Assembly (NCBI GenBank): GCA_965637545.1 | Contig: OZ281496.1 | Span: 3,348,001 to 3,412,000, forward strand | Reading direction: 5' to 3' | Length of the DNA stretch: 64,000 nucleotides | Source of the DNA: Phallusia mammillata | Taxonomy: Eukaryota | Shown here: positions 23,791 through 38,458 of the stretch, one piece after another | Position numbering within the stretch: the stretch's first letter is position 1 | Layout: each line of letters begins with the position of its first letter | Position numbers and translations under genes: made by a program | Notes under the pieces: model-generated | What the model saw: the letters and a program-made list of their open reading frames with translations, nothing else | The model's database searches: none | Told to the model about the DNA's origin: nothing

Positions 23791-25049
23791 ATTATCATGT
23801 ATGTTCAGCAATGTAGTTTGTATAGTTTTCGACAACAGTTGGTTTTTCATCAATTGAAGAAAAATCTTTGCAGCATTTATATAGACATCACTTTGAAAGT
23901 TGATGTTTGAAAATTCAATTGAGAAAATCGTTTGACAAGTTTCTGTAGTTCGTACTTTTGATTAATTGCTTTGTGTTTTCAGAAAATTACGTTGTCGAAA
24001 CAGTACATTGTGCCTGTAATTCTTATGCAATATAGTCAAGCTTAGTTCACATTGTGTCTTTATTATGTTTCGATTACTTGGAGTATTGGAGAAGGTTAAA
24101 TTGGATTTTAATTTGAACATCATTATCTTTTAACAAAAAGCCTTGTGTTAATGTTGTAAAACTCTCTCCCATTGTGATCCCAAACTTAAAAGCAAAATGC
24201 CCAAACCCGACCCACTACGCAGTACGGTATTCAGGTAAAATAAAGTCCTAGTTAGAGTTTTGTGCAGTGGCGGCTCGTGCCTAAAATATGTGGGGGTGCT
24301 GCTCAAAATTTTAGCCATTATTGAACATATATAACTTGGCAATATATAGAAAACCTACGTTTATAGTTTTCTAGCTATTGTTTTGTGCAGAAAAACAAGT
24401 AATACAAATCTTAATTAGAAACTCCATTGTGACTTTGTTACGCAATAATGTACACGAGTGTAAATAGCAGACGATATCATTTGTGTGTTTTGTTTACTTG
24501 CACAGCGACTGCTAAACTGTTTAGCCAAAACACCATAACATGCAGTAATAATGTGGAACAAAAACACACGTGACACAGACTCGAAACTAAGCGGTTGTAA
24601 ATATGGTAAAACACAACAAGAATATAGTAAAAAAGTAATGTTTCGAAAAAGGTCAAAGTATTTCAGTTCGACAACATTTAAAAAAATGGTCATGTTTCAT
24701 TTAAGTAACCTTATGGTCACAGTCAGCGTTTTCAACATATTATATAACACTTCACAGATTATAATTGTCACACAAAAATCTAGCCATACAGCTGTTTATT
24801 GGTATCATAACTGACAAATTTAACAACCACTTTACATTTGTGTCAGAACTTGTTTATTTTGACATATTTTTTTGAATTTTTGCGTACAGACTGTTATTTG
24901 TCTTTCAGATTTTTAACTGCTATAATTGCTGCTTTATTTGCTGGCAAATAGCTTATAATTGCTTTTTTAAGTGCAAAACTCTATCAAGCTTTAAAATTTA
25001 CAACACTCTCACTGAAATTTAAACCATATTATTAAACATGGTGCTTCCT

Positions 25050-26770
25050 TTTTACAACCAAAATGAATCATGAAGTTATAGTTTGGGCATAATAATTGAT
25101 AGCTTCTTCCTTGATTCCAAATGACAACTGAGAAACTGTTTTTCTATTTAGTAGTACTAGCACTGCAAGTGCAAGTCTTTTGGAAATAATGGTGTTCCTA
25201 ACAAAGGTTTGCATCAAAACTGTTTTGCCTTTGAAGGACTCATGGAAACAGCAAAAAGGATTTTTCATCCTAGTAATTTCACTTGTCAAAACAGAATCTA
25301 GATTATTTTCAAAGTAATTATGAACATCAGGTCTACAGAAACATTTTCATTTCAGTAACTAACATTTCTTTGTCAACAATAGGATGTGCTTGGTGGTTAC
25401 TACCATCTTGTCTGTAGAATGTTCATTCTTAAGAAACACTTCCTGTGAAGCAATTTAGCAGCTACTGTTTAGACAAACAGTACATGTCCATTATATCAAT
25501 ACTCATCTTTTTCATCATGTCCACGTAAGGGAGTTTTAAAGTTTCCACAGAACAAAATGCAGACTATTATTTTGGACAAAATTTCACGATTTTTTTTTCA
25601 CTTTTTGGTTGTGTTTAATAATTGAAAGTCTATGTACGCCTCACTAAGTTTTTCCTTAGGCCCCATCCACACTGCTCGTGCTCGCACGATCTTTGTTTAT
25701 TAATGTTTTGTCCGCACGCGGCGCGCGCTTGGTGTCACGCTGCGTGCGTCGCTCGCAGCCGAATTGAAAATCCATTGTTCGGGCAGCGCGTGCAGGCAAA
25801 CGTGAACAAATTCGCTGTGTTGGGTCGAGCCACATGGTGTTTATGTTAGTAAAACTGAATATTTTTGGTCATTGATATATGTTATGTATCCCAAACGATG
25901 TCATATACATACCAGATAATGTTAAACTTGTTATATTGTGGTAGCAAGTACATTTGGTTGATTTAAAAGTTTAGTCAGCTGTATTGTTGTGATTACTGTT
26001 TACACTTTTCTGTTGCGACTATTTCTAAAACCAGTACTGCTAGCAATTCCAAAAAATGACCAAGACGTGAGTTTTGCCCCAAACCAGGGCTATTTAGATG
26101 GTCTAGTGAAGTTGCATTACTTCATCTAAATTGATTAAGTTTAGCAGAAAGCTACTACATAAAGTTACTAAATGAAGTAACCAAAGTATTGATTTTATTT
26201 CTGCCTTGGCATGTTGGGAATTTGCAAGTGATGGTTTTCATATTATTTAGCCTTGACAACATGTTAGCAGTTAACCAAGCATGACGTAGACAATGTGGTC
26301 AACGCCGACGCAATTCCAAGCAAAGCAAGCGATCGTGCGTGCGAGCAATTAACCAGTGTGGATCGGGCCTTAATATTTACAGTTTCCGAAAGTGAAAGTG
26401 AAACATCATTGTTGTCCACATGCTTCTATGACTTCTCATGTTTTTCTGCTTTCTCACCTATTTTGGCTACATTTGTAAAACCATCTTTTGTCCAGCATTT
26501 TTCATCACCTCCAAACAGCAAACATGGAAAACAGAACAGTGCATTTTTAACTTCACAACCACAAAGCCATTTTTTCTTTTGATATCATTCAGAATTAAAA
26601 CTGCGTATATATTTCTTGTTGTGGCTCATTCCTGGCTGACAAAGTTGAATATCAGGCGTTGGACGCCCTTTTTTCTTTATACTTACCTTTACAGCACTTG
26701 ATAACTGCGAAATCTTAAGTTGCTGAAGCTCACTTACAGTCACCGAATTAGAATCTTGAAAAGCCATAAT
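25050..26770 (-). pseudogene. hAT transposase remnant (ZnF_TTF / DUF4371-like, ZMYM1-type)
   Basis: Minus strand reads RSFNSE*YQKKKWLCGCEVKNALFCFPCLLFGG...KHEKS*KH and NREILSKIIVCILFCGNFKTPLRGHDE; contains stops and deletions and is split by a MITE. Confidence 0.8.
25659..26369. mobile_element. PIF/Harbinger-type MITE nested in the hAT transposase
   Basis: TIRs GGCCCCATCCACACT / AGTGTGGATCGGGCC; 3-bp TSD TTA. Confidence 0.85.
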
Positions 26771-28369
26771 TAACCTTTCAATCAAAAACTGTAAAAATGT
26801 TTTAAAAAGACTAATTGTCGTACTGTACTCATTGTCGAATCTGATGATACACGTGATTTGCTTTGGCACACAATAAACGCAGAACAGACAACTACTTTCG
26901 CGTGCCCAGGTCACACGCTACGTGATTGGTGGAGCTGCGCGAGCCGAAGCACCCTGGCTCCTATTTCGCCCAGCATGTAGCTTTTCAAAGTCCGCATGCG
27001 CAGAACCGCGAAACGTCAGAAAACTGGAGCTGCAGTTCCAGCATACATATACATTAGTGTTTCAAAAAAAAAAAATTTTTCATGAAAAAAAGGTGATTAG
27101 GGCGAAAATTATGCTTATTACATATTACTAAGGAATCAAAAACAAAAATAATGAAAGTTATTTGTAATATTATGGTAGGTGTATTAAGTAAAATAGCAGC
27201 TTCGCAGCACCCTAGCACGACCCCGCCCCTGGTTTTGTGATACAAAACCATACACGATCTAATGCAGTGGTTCTTAACCAGGGGTACGTGTACCCCTTGG
27301 GGGTACGAAGCATCAAAGCAGGGGGTACGACATGCAGGGTGAAATTATATGCTATTTAATTATAAGCATATTTATGAAGAATGCATAACAAGTTACTTTG
27401 TTATATATCTAGAACGGGTTAGTTTAGTACCACTTATAATACTGTTTTTCATGCATGCATTCAACACCCAAGTTATAAATACACTAAGCTAACTCAGAAC
27501 GTTCCGTTTTAACTACAATGTGCTCAATCACTTCTAAAGATTATGCAAATGTTAGAGATCGAGTTCATGAGTTTGATCTGTAAAGTAAGTAAATAAAATG
27601 TGGTCAAAATTAAAATTAAATTTTTACTATCAAAATCGGTACAAAACACTTGGTGTGGGCGTAGATTAAAAGCTATGAAACAAAATAATGCTATGCATCA
27701 GCTAAATAAAACCGTACCGTAATCTATGCATGCATCCACAAGATAAAAGTGGAGCAATTTACAGTGCTACAGGTCAAATATCAAATCATATTTTGTTTCT
27801 CAACTGTGCTATTGCGAGCTGACAGCACATTATGCGAGCTGACAGCATTTGCCTTTTTTCCTACGTTACTATGAAGAGGAAGCTGGCGTATTGTCACGTG
27901 ATGGCACCGTATTGTTCTGTAGGTACCACGGAGAGCGTTTCTTCGAAAATTTGTTAATCATATTTCTGTGAAGCAATATATATCCTACGGTTCTGTATGC
28001 ATTGTAACACTGTGTACCTTGTTGTTGTGGACTTTGTACCAGCCAACAAATTTGGAACAAACCACATGAATGCAGTATCACAGACCTATCATATAGTAAC
28101 TACTAAAAAAAGTTAAAGGTTTTATTTGATTTTACCAAACATATTTGAAATTGGCTCCTGGGAATTCAAGCATCTTTACTCAGATGCGATTTAACAGTCC
28201 ATATTGTGGCGATTACGGCTAGTGTCTTGTCACCAGCAACATTGATGGGATTTCGTAGATTGAAACTGTGATGTGCACTGTGTATACATGTTGTTCTAAC
28301 ACGTTTTCAAAATGGACGTTGACGACTCTATACGCGTTAAAACAGTTGCACAGAGCGGCATTACCATAT

Positions 28370-28580
28370 AAGCGACGCAAACTGTATTGATCCGGTATGA
28401 ATCACCTGCATTGTGGTACGGGGTTTGCGATGGTTTGCGCCGATAATATCTAAGTAGGCCGCAGTGTGTTCTGATGTATATGAGGAAACCTGAAGCATAC
28501 GAAGCATTTGTGCTGAGAGGTAGCATTAAACGATTTAGACTAAGTTTTTGGCACACTTGATTCAACAAGCTTTGTTAGAT
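28370..28580 (+). promoter_or_regulatory. Conserved upstream block of CUB-ZP gene B
   Basis: Core CTGTATTGATCCGGTATGAATCACCTGC at 28382-28409, shared with A and C. Confidence 0.55.
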
Positions 28581-28687
28581 ATTTGCAACATGATAAGATT
28601 CTTGGGGCTGTGAAATCATGTATTGGTGATATACTGTCTTTTAACAGCTACAATCTGTGGTATCACAGTTCTTTAATTTGCATAAAA

Positions 28688-31600
28688 ATGCTAAAAATGT
28701 TACGAGGGCTATTAAAACTTGCTCTGTTTGTCTGTTCGATTAGTTTTTTGCATAAAGGTAAGTAGATTTGGTAAATGGTAAATTTTGAATTTGATAAAGT
28801 TTCTCTTCCAACTGGCATACTTCATACAAAATACTTGTTTTTGATTGATTGTCTGTGTTGTGCAATATCATTTTATGCACCCTACCAGCGTACTTAAGTG
28901 GTATACATGATCAGTCAAATTCTGGCAGTACGATAAAATTAAGCTTTGCTGTGCGGTTTTCTGGAGGACCACGAGTAAAAGCTTAGTAGAAACCATCAAA
29001 ACAGTAGTCGGGAACCGCCGGTACGCGGTCGGGTACGAGTCCGCGACGAGTTCGTTATCAGGCTGTATCATCTTTCAGGTTAAATGGTCTAAAATAATTC
29101 GCCATGTATCCCGGCGAATATAAACTAATTTAGGTTTTTTCAGTGCCAAATATTTGCAGTTTTTTTAAGACCGGTCCGCGATAAAACTTTAGTTTCAAAA
29201 ACGGCCAGCAGTAGAAAAAAGGTTGCCGACACCTGCTCCAAAAGACATTAATGTTGTGTTGCAAATATCACGGATGTTATATAAAGGGAGCTACGGGTCC
29301 CGAGGGTTACTTAAAGGGGTAATCAATCTATAAAAGGCTGGGAATCACTGTTCTAGTATTGAGAAATCAGAGAGAGTAACACGAAGACAAAAATTCAGGC
29401 CCCACTTTGATTAGATATAGTTTAGTATTTTTTGTAACATATTTCCTACTTTAGTATTAATGCGACATCTTTAGGCGAGCTTCTTTCTTGGCGAATACAT
29501 TTATATCAAAGGAAATATTGGTTGTGGCCAGGAGAAATCCTGCAAAGCATCGTTTTCAACTTGATATAGATTTTCGTTTTTTTAGTAGCTTCCTGTCATG
29601 ATAAACAGAGTGTCAATATCCATCTTTGCACCTCTTTTATTTTTCATGTTTTTATTTGTGCACCAAATATGTTGCATCCCATTAACCCTTTATGTCACAT
29701 AACAATACCTTGTCATACGACACAATGAGAGATTTTGCGTTATCTTTGCGGACATTGAAAGATACATATTTTCATAAATTAAAAGCTTCGGAATATGCTG
29801 GCTTAACCAACCAAATTGGGCGAAAGACGCCGTCATGCCAAACGTGGTACAGGATGTAATTGAGCATAAGCTTGTTATACTGTTTTACTTTTTTTAGTTT
29901 CGGACGCAGAGTGTGCAGTGCAAAATGTCAGCAGGACCTCATTTGCTTCAACAATTTCCCCAAACTATAACTCCTGGGTCCGACGATTTGTTTCAACTGG
30001 AGATTCCTCTCGGTTCATTGCCTATTTCGGTTCGGGACAGCTTGCTGCAAACAACTTTTGTAAGGTAAAAGTTTACAAACATTGTCCTTGAAATGAGCTT
30101 AATTCAAAATTCATCTCTTAGTTATCCGGTAATTTCGAATTTCATTTCTTAAAATTATGATTTAAGTGCCTGTTCCTAACCTCATGCGTAAATCGTAAAC
30201 AAAAAATTTAGATTTACGAGGGATCTGACGACCAAGGTAAATTGGTTGGAACGTTGGAAGGTGGAGGCTTATCTTTTCCAGTTATCGTTGAAAGCTCGTC
30301 TGCCTACATATCTTGTGTCACAAACCTCACATCGGAATCTGTGTGGTTTTATCTACAACCATGTAAGTCAGACTGACGATTCAATTTACAACCGAAACTT
30401 TAGGCATGTAGATAAAACATGTTTTCGGGTCGGTATCAAGAACAAATAAAATGACGTCAAATCTATTCTTTTGCTGACGGAAATGTTTGTATATTAATAA
30501 TTAATTGGTAAACGGATAATTATTAAACACAGTTTCAATGTACAATAAAATCGTAGTTTGTGAGCACTTTTAATCGACAACTAGATATAAGTCACAGAAA
30601 ATTGACAACACGATATTCAAAATAACTGCTTGGAACTATTCTTACTAGTTGCACTGTCTCAAGCTAATCTTTTTGTGTTTTATAGTTACTTCGTGCGGGG
30701 AAGATGTTGCTGATATACCGTACAATTTACTCTCTCCGATGTTTCCTAGTTACTACCCCAGCTATGCTGGTTGTGTTTGGAGATTTCAAATGGATAGCAG
30801 CAGAACCTTGGTGTTCCAATTCTCCACATTTTCCACTGAGAACTGCTGCGACTTTTTATACGTAAGTGTCTTAGAGCAGGGGTGTCACACTCGTGGGGCT
30901 TCGAGGGCCATATTGCAGTTGGAAATTATGCTAAGGGCCGCATGTGATTTTTAATCTAGTTTTATAAACTTCAACCAGGGGAGCACAGCCTTTTCTCCAC
31001 GACGGCCGCATTGCAGATCCTTATTTCACCTTGTTTTAAAATTACAGATGTAAAGAAATAGATTTATATCATACGTATACCATCTATTGATGCCCCAAAA
31101 GCTCAGACTAATTTTCAACTTGATGCGCAGATTGAGCTGCACAGTGTGAAGATCAGTCTTAACTGTTTATGACGTCATAATCTATATTGTGATGACAGTG
31201 GTACATGTTTTTCTCATACACAATACGCACACAAAAGTCTGACACATGTGGCTATTTAGGATGGTAATATTCTTTTCAGTACCACAAAATTTGTTTAGTG
31301 CAGTTTGAAAGTCAAAATATTTGGCAAATGTGTTTTATTTACGTCACGGCGCGCAGAACATGTAATGTATTTTAATAAACATGTTCATGGCTGCACAAAC
31401 TCGTCTCTATGGCCACATGTGTCCGTACGGCCGCAAGTTGTGCAACCCTGACTGAAACTAAACGCTTTTTATAGTTAGAGGAACGGTTTACTATCGTTTC
31501 TATTCACAACATGTGAATTTTTATTTCTTTATTAAAGTTCTAGCTGTAAATGACTGTTTAATGAATAGCTTCAACTTTGAATAGTTACAAAAATTATTAT

Positions 31601-34600
31601 ATTTTGATAAAAATCTGACGGTACTACAATTTTTCTGACTAAGTACTGCAATTGTTGATTGTTTGAGGGCCGCATGCGGCCCGCGGGCCGCACGTTTGAC
31701 ACCCCTGTCTTAGAGCATATTATAAACTAATTTAGAGGTTCCAGGAGAGGGAATCCCGACATGAGAAAATTTTGCTTGTAAAATGAGGGTAGTGTAAAGA
31801 AACTATTTTTTTCTCTCTTTTTTAAAAATGGTAATGTTGTCGACGCAAATAATCGAGTGGAAACGGTTTGTTATTTTTAGGAGATTTCCTGCCGTACGCA
31901 CTGAAATTCATATATGTATAAGTTTTTTTTTTTTAAATGATTTTTGAGTAACATATTTATTATAAACTGCTTTTCCAGTTTGCTTCTAATATTGAGAAAA
32001 GCAATCAATATGCTTAAGGTGGCAGAAATCTTATTTTTGTCAAGCGCCTAATTTTATGATGAGAAACTTGCTGGCTTAAGGAGGTATGCGGCCTTTTAGG
32101 ACATCAAGTGTGGCCTTCGGGAATAAATGTTAACATTTGTATTGTTTTTAGTTCAAGAACGAAGCAGGTAAAGTGGACAAATTTTCGGGGGAGCTTGAGT
32201 CATTTGATTACACGGTGACAGCAACTAATCTCACTGTCTTGTTTTTGAGCGACTCTAGTGGACCGAGTACTGGATTTAGTGCGACAGTAGGTGAGACAAC
32301 TCTCCTTCTAGTTACAAACTGTCAACATGCAAATGATTAAAATACACTTGAACTCAGCCAGCATGCGTTATAGGTTGAGGGTGATCTGAAAATAAATTTT
32401 CAATATATATTTTAAAAACTTGAATTAACAAATTTAATTTGATGTGCAGAAGTAAATTTTAATCCACAAAACGCAGAATAGTGCTCGAACTTCTATATTT
32501 CGTTCACAAATTGTTTTTTTATATATATACAGTAGAAACACAATCATCAGTTGAATGTAGGACTGAAAACTTGATCATCAGGTAGGTTACTATTTTCTTT
32601 TTAATTATTTTGTGAAATTTATTGATAATTGTTGAAAGTAATATTCAGAAGATTGTTGAAAAAAATTGTAGTACTTCAAGCATTTTGTTGTGCTGCCTGT
32701 TTTGTCATAAGCCTGCAATTGCTTGTTTTTTATTGATTGAGACATCTTTTACTTATCAGCAATGGGTCTTCTAATGCAGTGGTCTTCAACCATTTTTATA
32801 GGCGACCCCAATTTAAGGGAAAATGAAATCAGAATTTGCATGCGACCCCATTTTTATCAACACCGAGAAAAATGTTTTAAGTAATGCTGAACCGAAAGAA
32901 CAAGTAGGCTACACTAACTGTACATAATTACAAACAAATTTGGCGATACAAAAGTATTCCGAAAAAGTGGCTATACAAAAGTGTTATAAAAAATTTTTTA
33001 AGGCGTTTCATTTAATACATAAACCCAATTTTCGGAACACAAACTTGCCAAATTGTTCAACATTTAGTTTGCACTGTTAGTGAGATGGTTGCGCCTGTAT
33101 ACTGCCCACAAGTTTTTGAAGCCGCGGCTTGACTTTGCACAAGCTTAACAGCATGTCATGCATTCCAATCAATTACGATGTTTCGTTTCTAATACACTCG
33201 TTGCACTAAATCCTGCTTAACACAGCAACGTGGTTGAAAACGGGATTAGAAAAATTTGACATAGTTGGGTACGTTACATAAATAACTATTCACTGGTTCT
33301 GGTGTCACCTTAAATAATACAAACTTGAAGTGTCATAATACACGTTGTCCAAACCCATTGTTACGCGATAAAGGCATTTCGTGTTTTTTCACTACCACGA
33401 TTTAATTGCAACATGAGGTAGCAAGCTGTACCACAATTCAAGAGCAAAAGTTGCGATCTAAAGGAACATAATATTAGTTTTATTTTCTGTGATCAATTTT
33501 GAAATGCAATAAATCAAGCGACTTATTGCGACCCCAGAAAAGTTTAGGCGACCCCACTTGCGGTCGCGACCCATAGGTTGACGACCACTGTTCTAATGGG
33601 ATGCCGCTATAAAAACTGCAACATAGTATAGATGTTTGGAAAATGAAAAAAATAACTGGTTGTCTAGACGGGTGACACTAAAACGCTGAATGGGCGGGAC
33701 GGGCGGGATGGGCGGGACGAGTGGGCAACCGCTAAATATCGGGTAAATTGCTGACGGTTAGAGCTATTAGGGTTGGGTTGAGGTTTTATAATAGTATATG
33801 AATCAAAAAAATGTCCCTGCCTAAAACTTATTCAGCAATTTCCTGACATTCGGCAAAAATGCTATGGCGGGAGATTGCTTGACGTCTCAGGCGCAGGATG
33901 TTTAACTCGGTTGCGGAATGTATCCGGCGGAATTATTTTTAACGATTTTCTATTACAAAACCTTATCCCAACCTTAATAGCTCTAACCGTCAGCAATTTA
34001 ACCCGATATTCAGCAGTTTTCACGACGTCCCGCCCGTCCCGCCCATTCAGCGTTTTAGTGTCACCCGTCTAGACTTATAAAATGTACATAAAGTTAACAA
34101 TCTAATATTCGCAGAGTACCAGCTTATCAACAAAACAGATTAGATTACGAACTCGACGACACTCTTTACATCGCATTGGACAGGGAAACCTCCCTTTCTC
34201 AACTCAATGACAGCTGCAAGGTCACGGGGTCAAACCCAGTGTTTACGTTTGACATTGGCCAATGCAAAGGTGTTTTTAAGGTAAAATTGGATTTTGTTCT
34301 GAACTCATAGACTATATGTCCTTATTATTTTTTAAGACAACATTATCTGTTAGGGGTAATAATAAAGTGTAATAAGCTTTTATTGCTGCATAATAAAAAG
34401 CTGACAATTTTGAAATATGTAATTTTCGTGCTCTGATACAGAATGCAAACGGTACGGTGTCGGTGTCTTTCCTGATCTGGAGATACCTAGCTTCATCCCC
34501 TGCAGTGATCCAGCGTGACGTTCAAAACAAGCTCAATGTGACTTGTTTATTTGACGCGGACCTTCTTATCTCGTCATCCAAAATTAGTACACAAATCGGG

Positions 34601-37443
34601 TAAGGAAAAGAAAAACAAACCATTATATAACAGCTATGGAGTGGCATTCGGCACAAGACAACATGTACAAGACACACAGTAGGCGTCATAAAACGTAACA
34701 CGTGGTCTTTTGTTGACCACACTTGGAAATAAATTGACAAAAGTAAAACAGGATGTTGCACATGACAAAAACATCTAACCACTCCACGAATGGCATACGG
34801 CTTTGAACACATTACACACGACACAGAACACATAAATCTACCCTTGGCACAATACACCTGGCCCCCACGACATGAAATACGGTAAAACTATATCACATCT
34901 GCAACATGTCACAAAGCATGCACCCAACAGCACCTGCCACACTATGTATGACACGGATCACAGTTTGTCTGTCCTTCCTTTTTTCGGTAATTTCGGTTGT
35001 TATGTGCACTTTGCCATATTAGGTGGCAAAATCGTTACGGGGTGGCTTAGTACTTCTCAGATAATGCCAAAATGTTGTGGAGAGTGTGTTTGTATTGCTT
35101 TTTTTGTAGATACAATTTCTGATACAATCAAAGCACAACATGATGATACAAAAAAGGACAGAATTGATTCTGTACGTTTCTAAAGACATAGTTATAATGA
35201 AGTTTGTTATTTTGCTTTTAAACACCCCGCGAGCACCTAAGGGAGTTAAAAACAGTGAGCTGTTTGTTAAACTTTTATATGTTTTAGATTTGACGAAATT
35301 TTTGCAAAGAAAGCAGGAACGTTGGATGTCGCCCTAAATCTATTTAGCAACGAATACTTCAACGAGAGCTTGCCCAGAGAAGTAACTGTACCCAACTACA
35401 TTTTTGCTAAACTTAAACTTGATGAGATCTCTGCAGCCGATGATTACTTTATTGTCCAGGTGAATTGAAAATAAACTGCTTTTAGTGCAGGAAAACATTG
35501 CATTCTTTGATTTAATATACATTATTCTGGCATCTTTGGTCTAGTTTCCAATTTATACTTTAAAGTGGAATACCTTTTTGCACAGCTGGAAGGCTGTTGG
35601 GCGACACGCAATGAAAACTCCGATAGTTTGCCGAGTTACCAAATTGTACAAAGCGGGTAAGATATACTTGAATTACCTCAACACATGTTTTTCTTAGTAG
35701 CGAGTTTATTTGTTTAGTATTTAATTTTGTATCTGTATTTCACTATGATTAACCCAGCATCGAAACTATTAGATGCGTTGCGCCACCCAGTGGAGGAGAG
35801 GCTGCCGACGCGAAGACGTTGATACGAAATTACGAATCCAACTTTGCAACGTTCAAGCTGATGAGCTTTGTGTGGACAAACTTTACCGACGCAGAACAAT
35901 TTATCTACATCCACTGCGACGTGACCGTCTGTCATAATTCAACTGGACAATGCCCTGGACAGGTGACTTGATTAGAGTAGATTTTGGACTTGCAACAGAG
36001 AATAAAGTTTAGCAAAATAGTGTTGGTCGAAAAAAAAGGTCAAGGAAAATGATATGTTTTTTTTTAGATCAAAATTCCTGGGTATTGCTCTAAAACAATC
36101 GAGACAGTATGTCTCTAAATAAATAAGAATTTCTTTGGCGTTTATGTCCAGTTGTAGCATTAAAAATATTAGGGTGGAATGGCTTTATATTCTGTTGCTT
36201 CCATACCAAAGTTTTCTAGGTTCGCTTGCCAATACGGTATATTTCCTGTCACCAGCTGATTTTATGTGGCTAGTTAGCAAAAAGGCTGAATGGTCCGGCG
36301 CGCCTGAATCATAACATAACCTTGATAGGAATTCGACCCCCATCCACCTATATTTTATTTTAATCCGAACCACAATAAAAATACGAGGTTTACTGTGTGT
36401 AGCTTACATACAAATTGAAAAGTAATTTTAACCCTCTAATTTGGTTTTGTGCGAGCAACGGTAAATATTCCGCCACAGGCTACGCTGTCCTATGTTGAAA
36501 TCGCTAGGGAGACTGGCCCTTAATCGGCCTGGAGAACTATGATGTAAATATATGTGTGCCGTGATGGGCTTAATTCTGTATGACGCCTTCAATAAAACTG
36601 ATGTACAATGAAATATCAATATTTGTATAATTCTTTTTGCAGTCTTGTTCTGGTAAGAAACGGCGATCTGTTGAAAACAATGGTCGCAATCAACGGCTTT
36701 CTGCAGGACCAGTGCACATCATTCAAGGTACCGCTTTCCTACTTGGTAAGACAATGATAAAAATTTAATTTCTATTCTAGATAATATTGCTGATACACGT
36801 GCTTTTGCTAAACAAATTTGTAGTTCTAGCAAGCAAGTCGCACCTCTTGGGGCATAATAACACAGGTTTTCGAAATATTTTCTCGGTTTAATATACTGTG
36901 TCTTGGTGATTGATTAGTTTGATGTATATGTGATTAACTTGACTGGTAACATTACCAACCGCAGCTTTTATTCGATTTCCATAAGTTGTTTTAAAAATAA
37001 GACTGTAACTAGCATTAAAGGACACATATAAAAGGCAAATAAAATAAATAATTGTCACAAAATATATTTCATGAGTTCGAATCCCATCACTTGTTTTCTT
37101 TTTCTTGTATCCGTTGCTTTAACAACCAAACTGATTCGGTGGCCTTTTTGCAATCTCAAAGTGTACCGTGATTGTAGCCAACACATGAGTATAGCCAACA
37201 CATGTCCGTTTCGTGACTGGCTAATCAATCAGTACAGTTCTTCCCATATTTTTTTGCTATATTTGTTAATCATGACTTTTTGTCTCTTATACAACAGGAG
37301 AAAGAAATGAAGCTATGGAAGGAGCCGGCAACAGCTACCAACTTGTGATGTTTGTTCTGCTGGCTGTGATTGTTATTGGAGCTGGTTACATCGTATGGGG
37401 CAAACTGACCCGGGATCGCAATGCGAGACAAAATCGCCAGTAG
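28688..37443 (+). CDS. CUB-CUB-ZP-TM protein B (585 aa predicted)
   Basis: 13 exons: 28688-28757, 29898-30064, 30212-30362, 30686-30861, 32152-32290, 32533-32581, 34115-34280, 34442-34599, 35288-35459, 35586-35656, 35773-35962, 36643-36745, 37298-37443. Same phases as A; basic site KKRR before LSAGPVHI; TM helix. Confidence 0.9.
29002..29235. mobile_element. Short hAT-type MITE (degenerate)
   Basis: Ends CAGTAGTCGGGAACC...GGTTGCCGACACCTG; flanks CATCAAAA / CTCCAAAA are only an imperfect TSD. Confidence 0.55.
30877..31707. mobile_element. hAT (Charlie-like) non-autonomous element
   Basis: TIRs CAGGGGTGTCA...TGACACCCCTG; TSD TCTTAGAG (30869-30876, 31708-31715). Confidence 0.92.
32777..33590. 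mobile_element. hAT (Charlie-like) non-autonomous element
   Basis: TIRs CAGTGGTCTTCAACC...GGTTGACGACCACTG; TSD TTCTAATG (32769-32776, 33591-33598). Confidence 0.92.
33662..34074. mobile_element. Foldback-type MITE with long TIRs
   Basis: GTCTAGACGGGTGACACTAAAACGCTGAATGGGCGGGACGGGCGGGA mirrored at 34027-34074; inverted similarity continues for roughly 140 bp. Confidence 0.85.
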
Positions 37444-38458
37444 ATGAACTTTTTATTATTCTTAACATGGCATTGTTTGTATGCATGTAAAAACTGTTCT
37501 TTCTAAAGATAAAAACAAATAACAAATTAAAGCTGTTTTCCATAAAGCTGTTTGTTAATTTAGTTATCAAATAAATATTATGCATCATTTCACTTATTAC
37601 ATGCATCATTCATAGCTGACATGAAATTACTTTGTCAAAGTATTGTTGTGTTTCTGTTTAACTGTTATATACTGTACAATATAATCAGATGGGGTCAAAA
37701 CTGTGTCCTTTGAATTAGCTGATATCATGAGTCAGAAAAAAACATTGTTAAATATTTTAGCGTGGTAGCCTGTGTTGAGCGAGGTTATATTGGATTTTCG
37801 CACAAACCAGGTTATACTGATCTCTGTATTTTTCGTGTTTTTCGCAAAATGTTTTTCGTTTTGAAACACTATCTGTTTATGAGTATCTTTTGACATGTGG
37901 TAGAAAACCACTGGTGGGGCATAATCTAGTGGCTTATTTGTTTATGCATTCATGCCAGTATCTAAGTCTCATTGTTTTTAGTTCCATGAACGTCAATCGC
38001 TGCAATCGCATAACCCACGCAACAATCGTGACGTAACAAAGAGATAGCAAACAGTAAACAGGAAAGAAGGCGTTGATAACTGATCTTAACCGTTGTCTTT
38101 GTACTGCCAAATGATTAGCAAAGAGAAGTTTATTGGTTGGGTGAAGTTTTTATACCTGGCTACAAACTTGCTTGGTTGGCGGTGAAAAGTTATTTGTAGC
38201 AGCGTAAACAGTTAATCCTTGCACATTTTCATTGAATCAAAATCATACAGCTCGTGTCATCGGTCATGCCAAGTTTTAAACGGTTTGTTTTGTGACGAGC
38301 GTCTGTTTCGTTTCAGTGCTATATATTTTGCAATTTGTACCTTGCTTTAGTGAAAAAAAGTATCATTGGCTGCTTTGCATTAACTATGGGTTCATGTTTT
38401 TCGAGAAACGTGCTAGAAAACAAGAAAACATCAGGAAAAACAAACGAGTTTTGCCACA

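Larger units (their letters stand above)
24265..27231 (-). mobile_element. Defective hAT transposon with transposase remnant
   Basis: TIRs CAGTGGCGGCTCGTGC / GCACGACCCCGCCCCTG; 8-bp TSD GTTTTGTG (24257-24264, 27232-27239). Confidence 0.9.
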
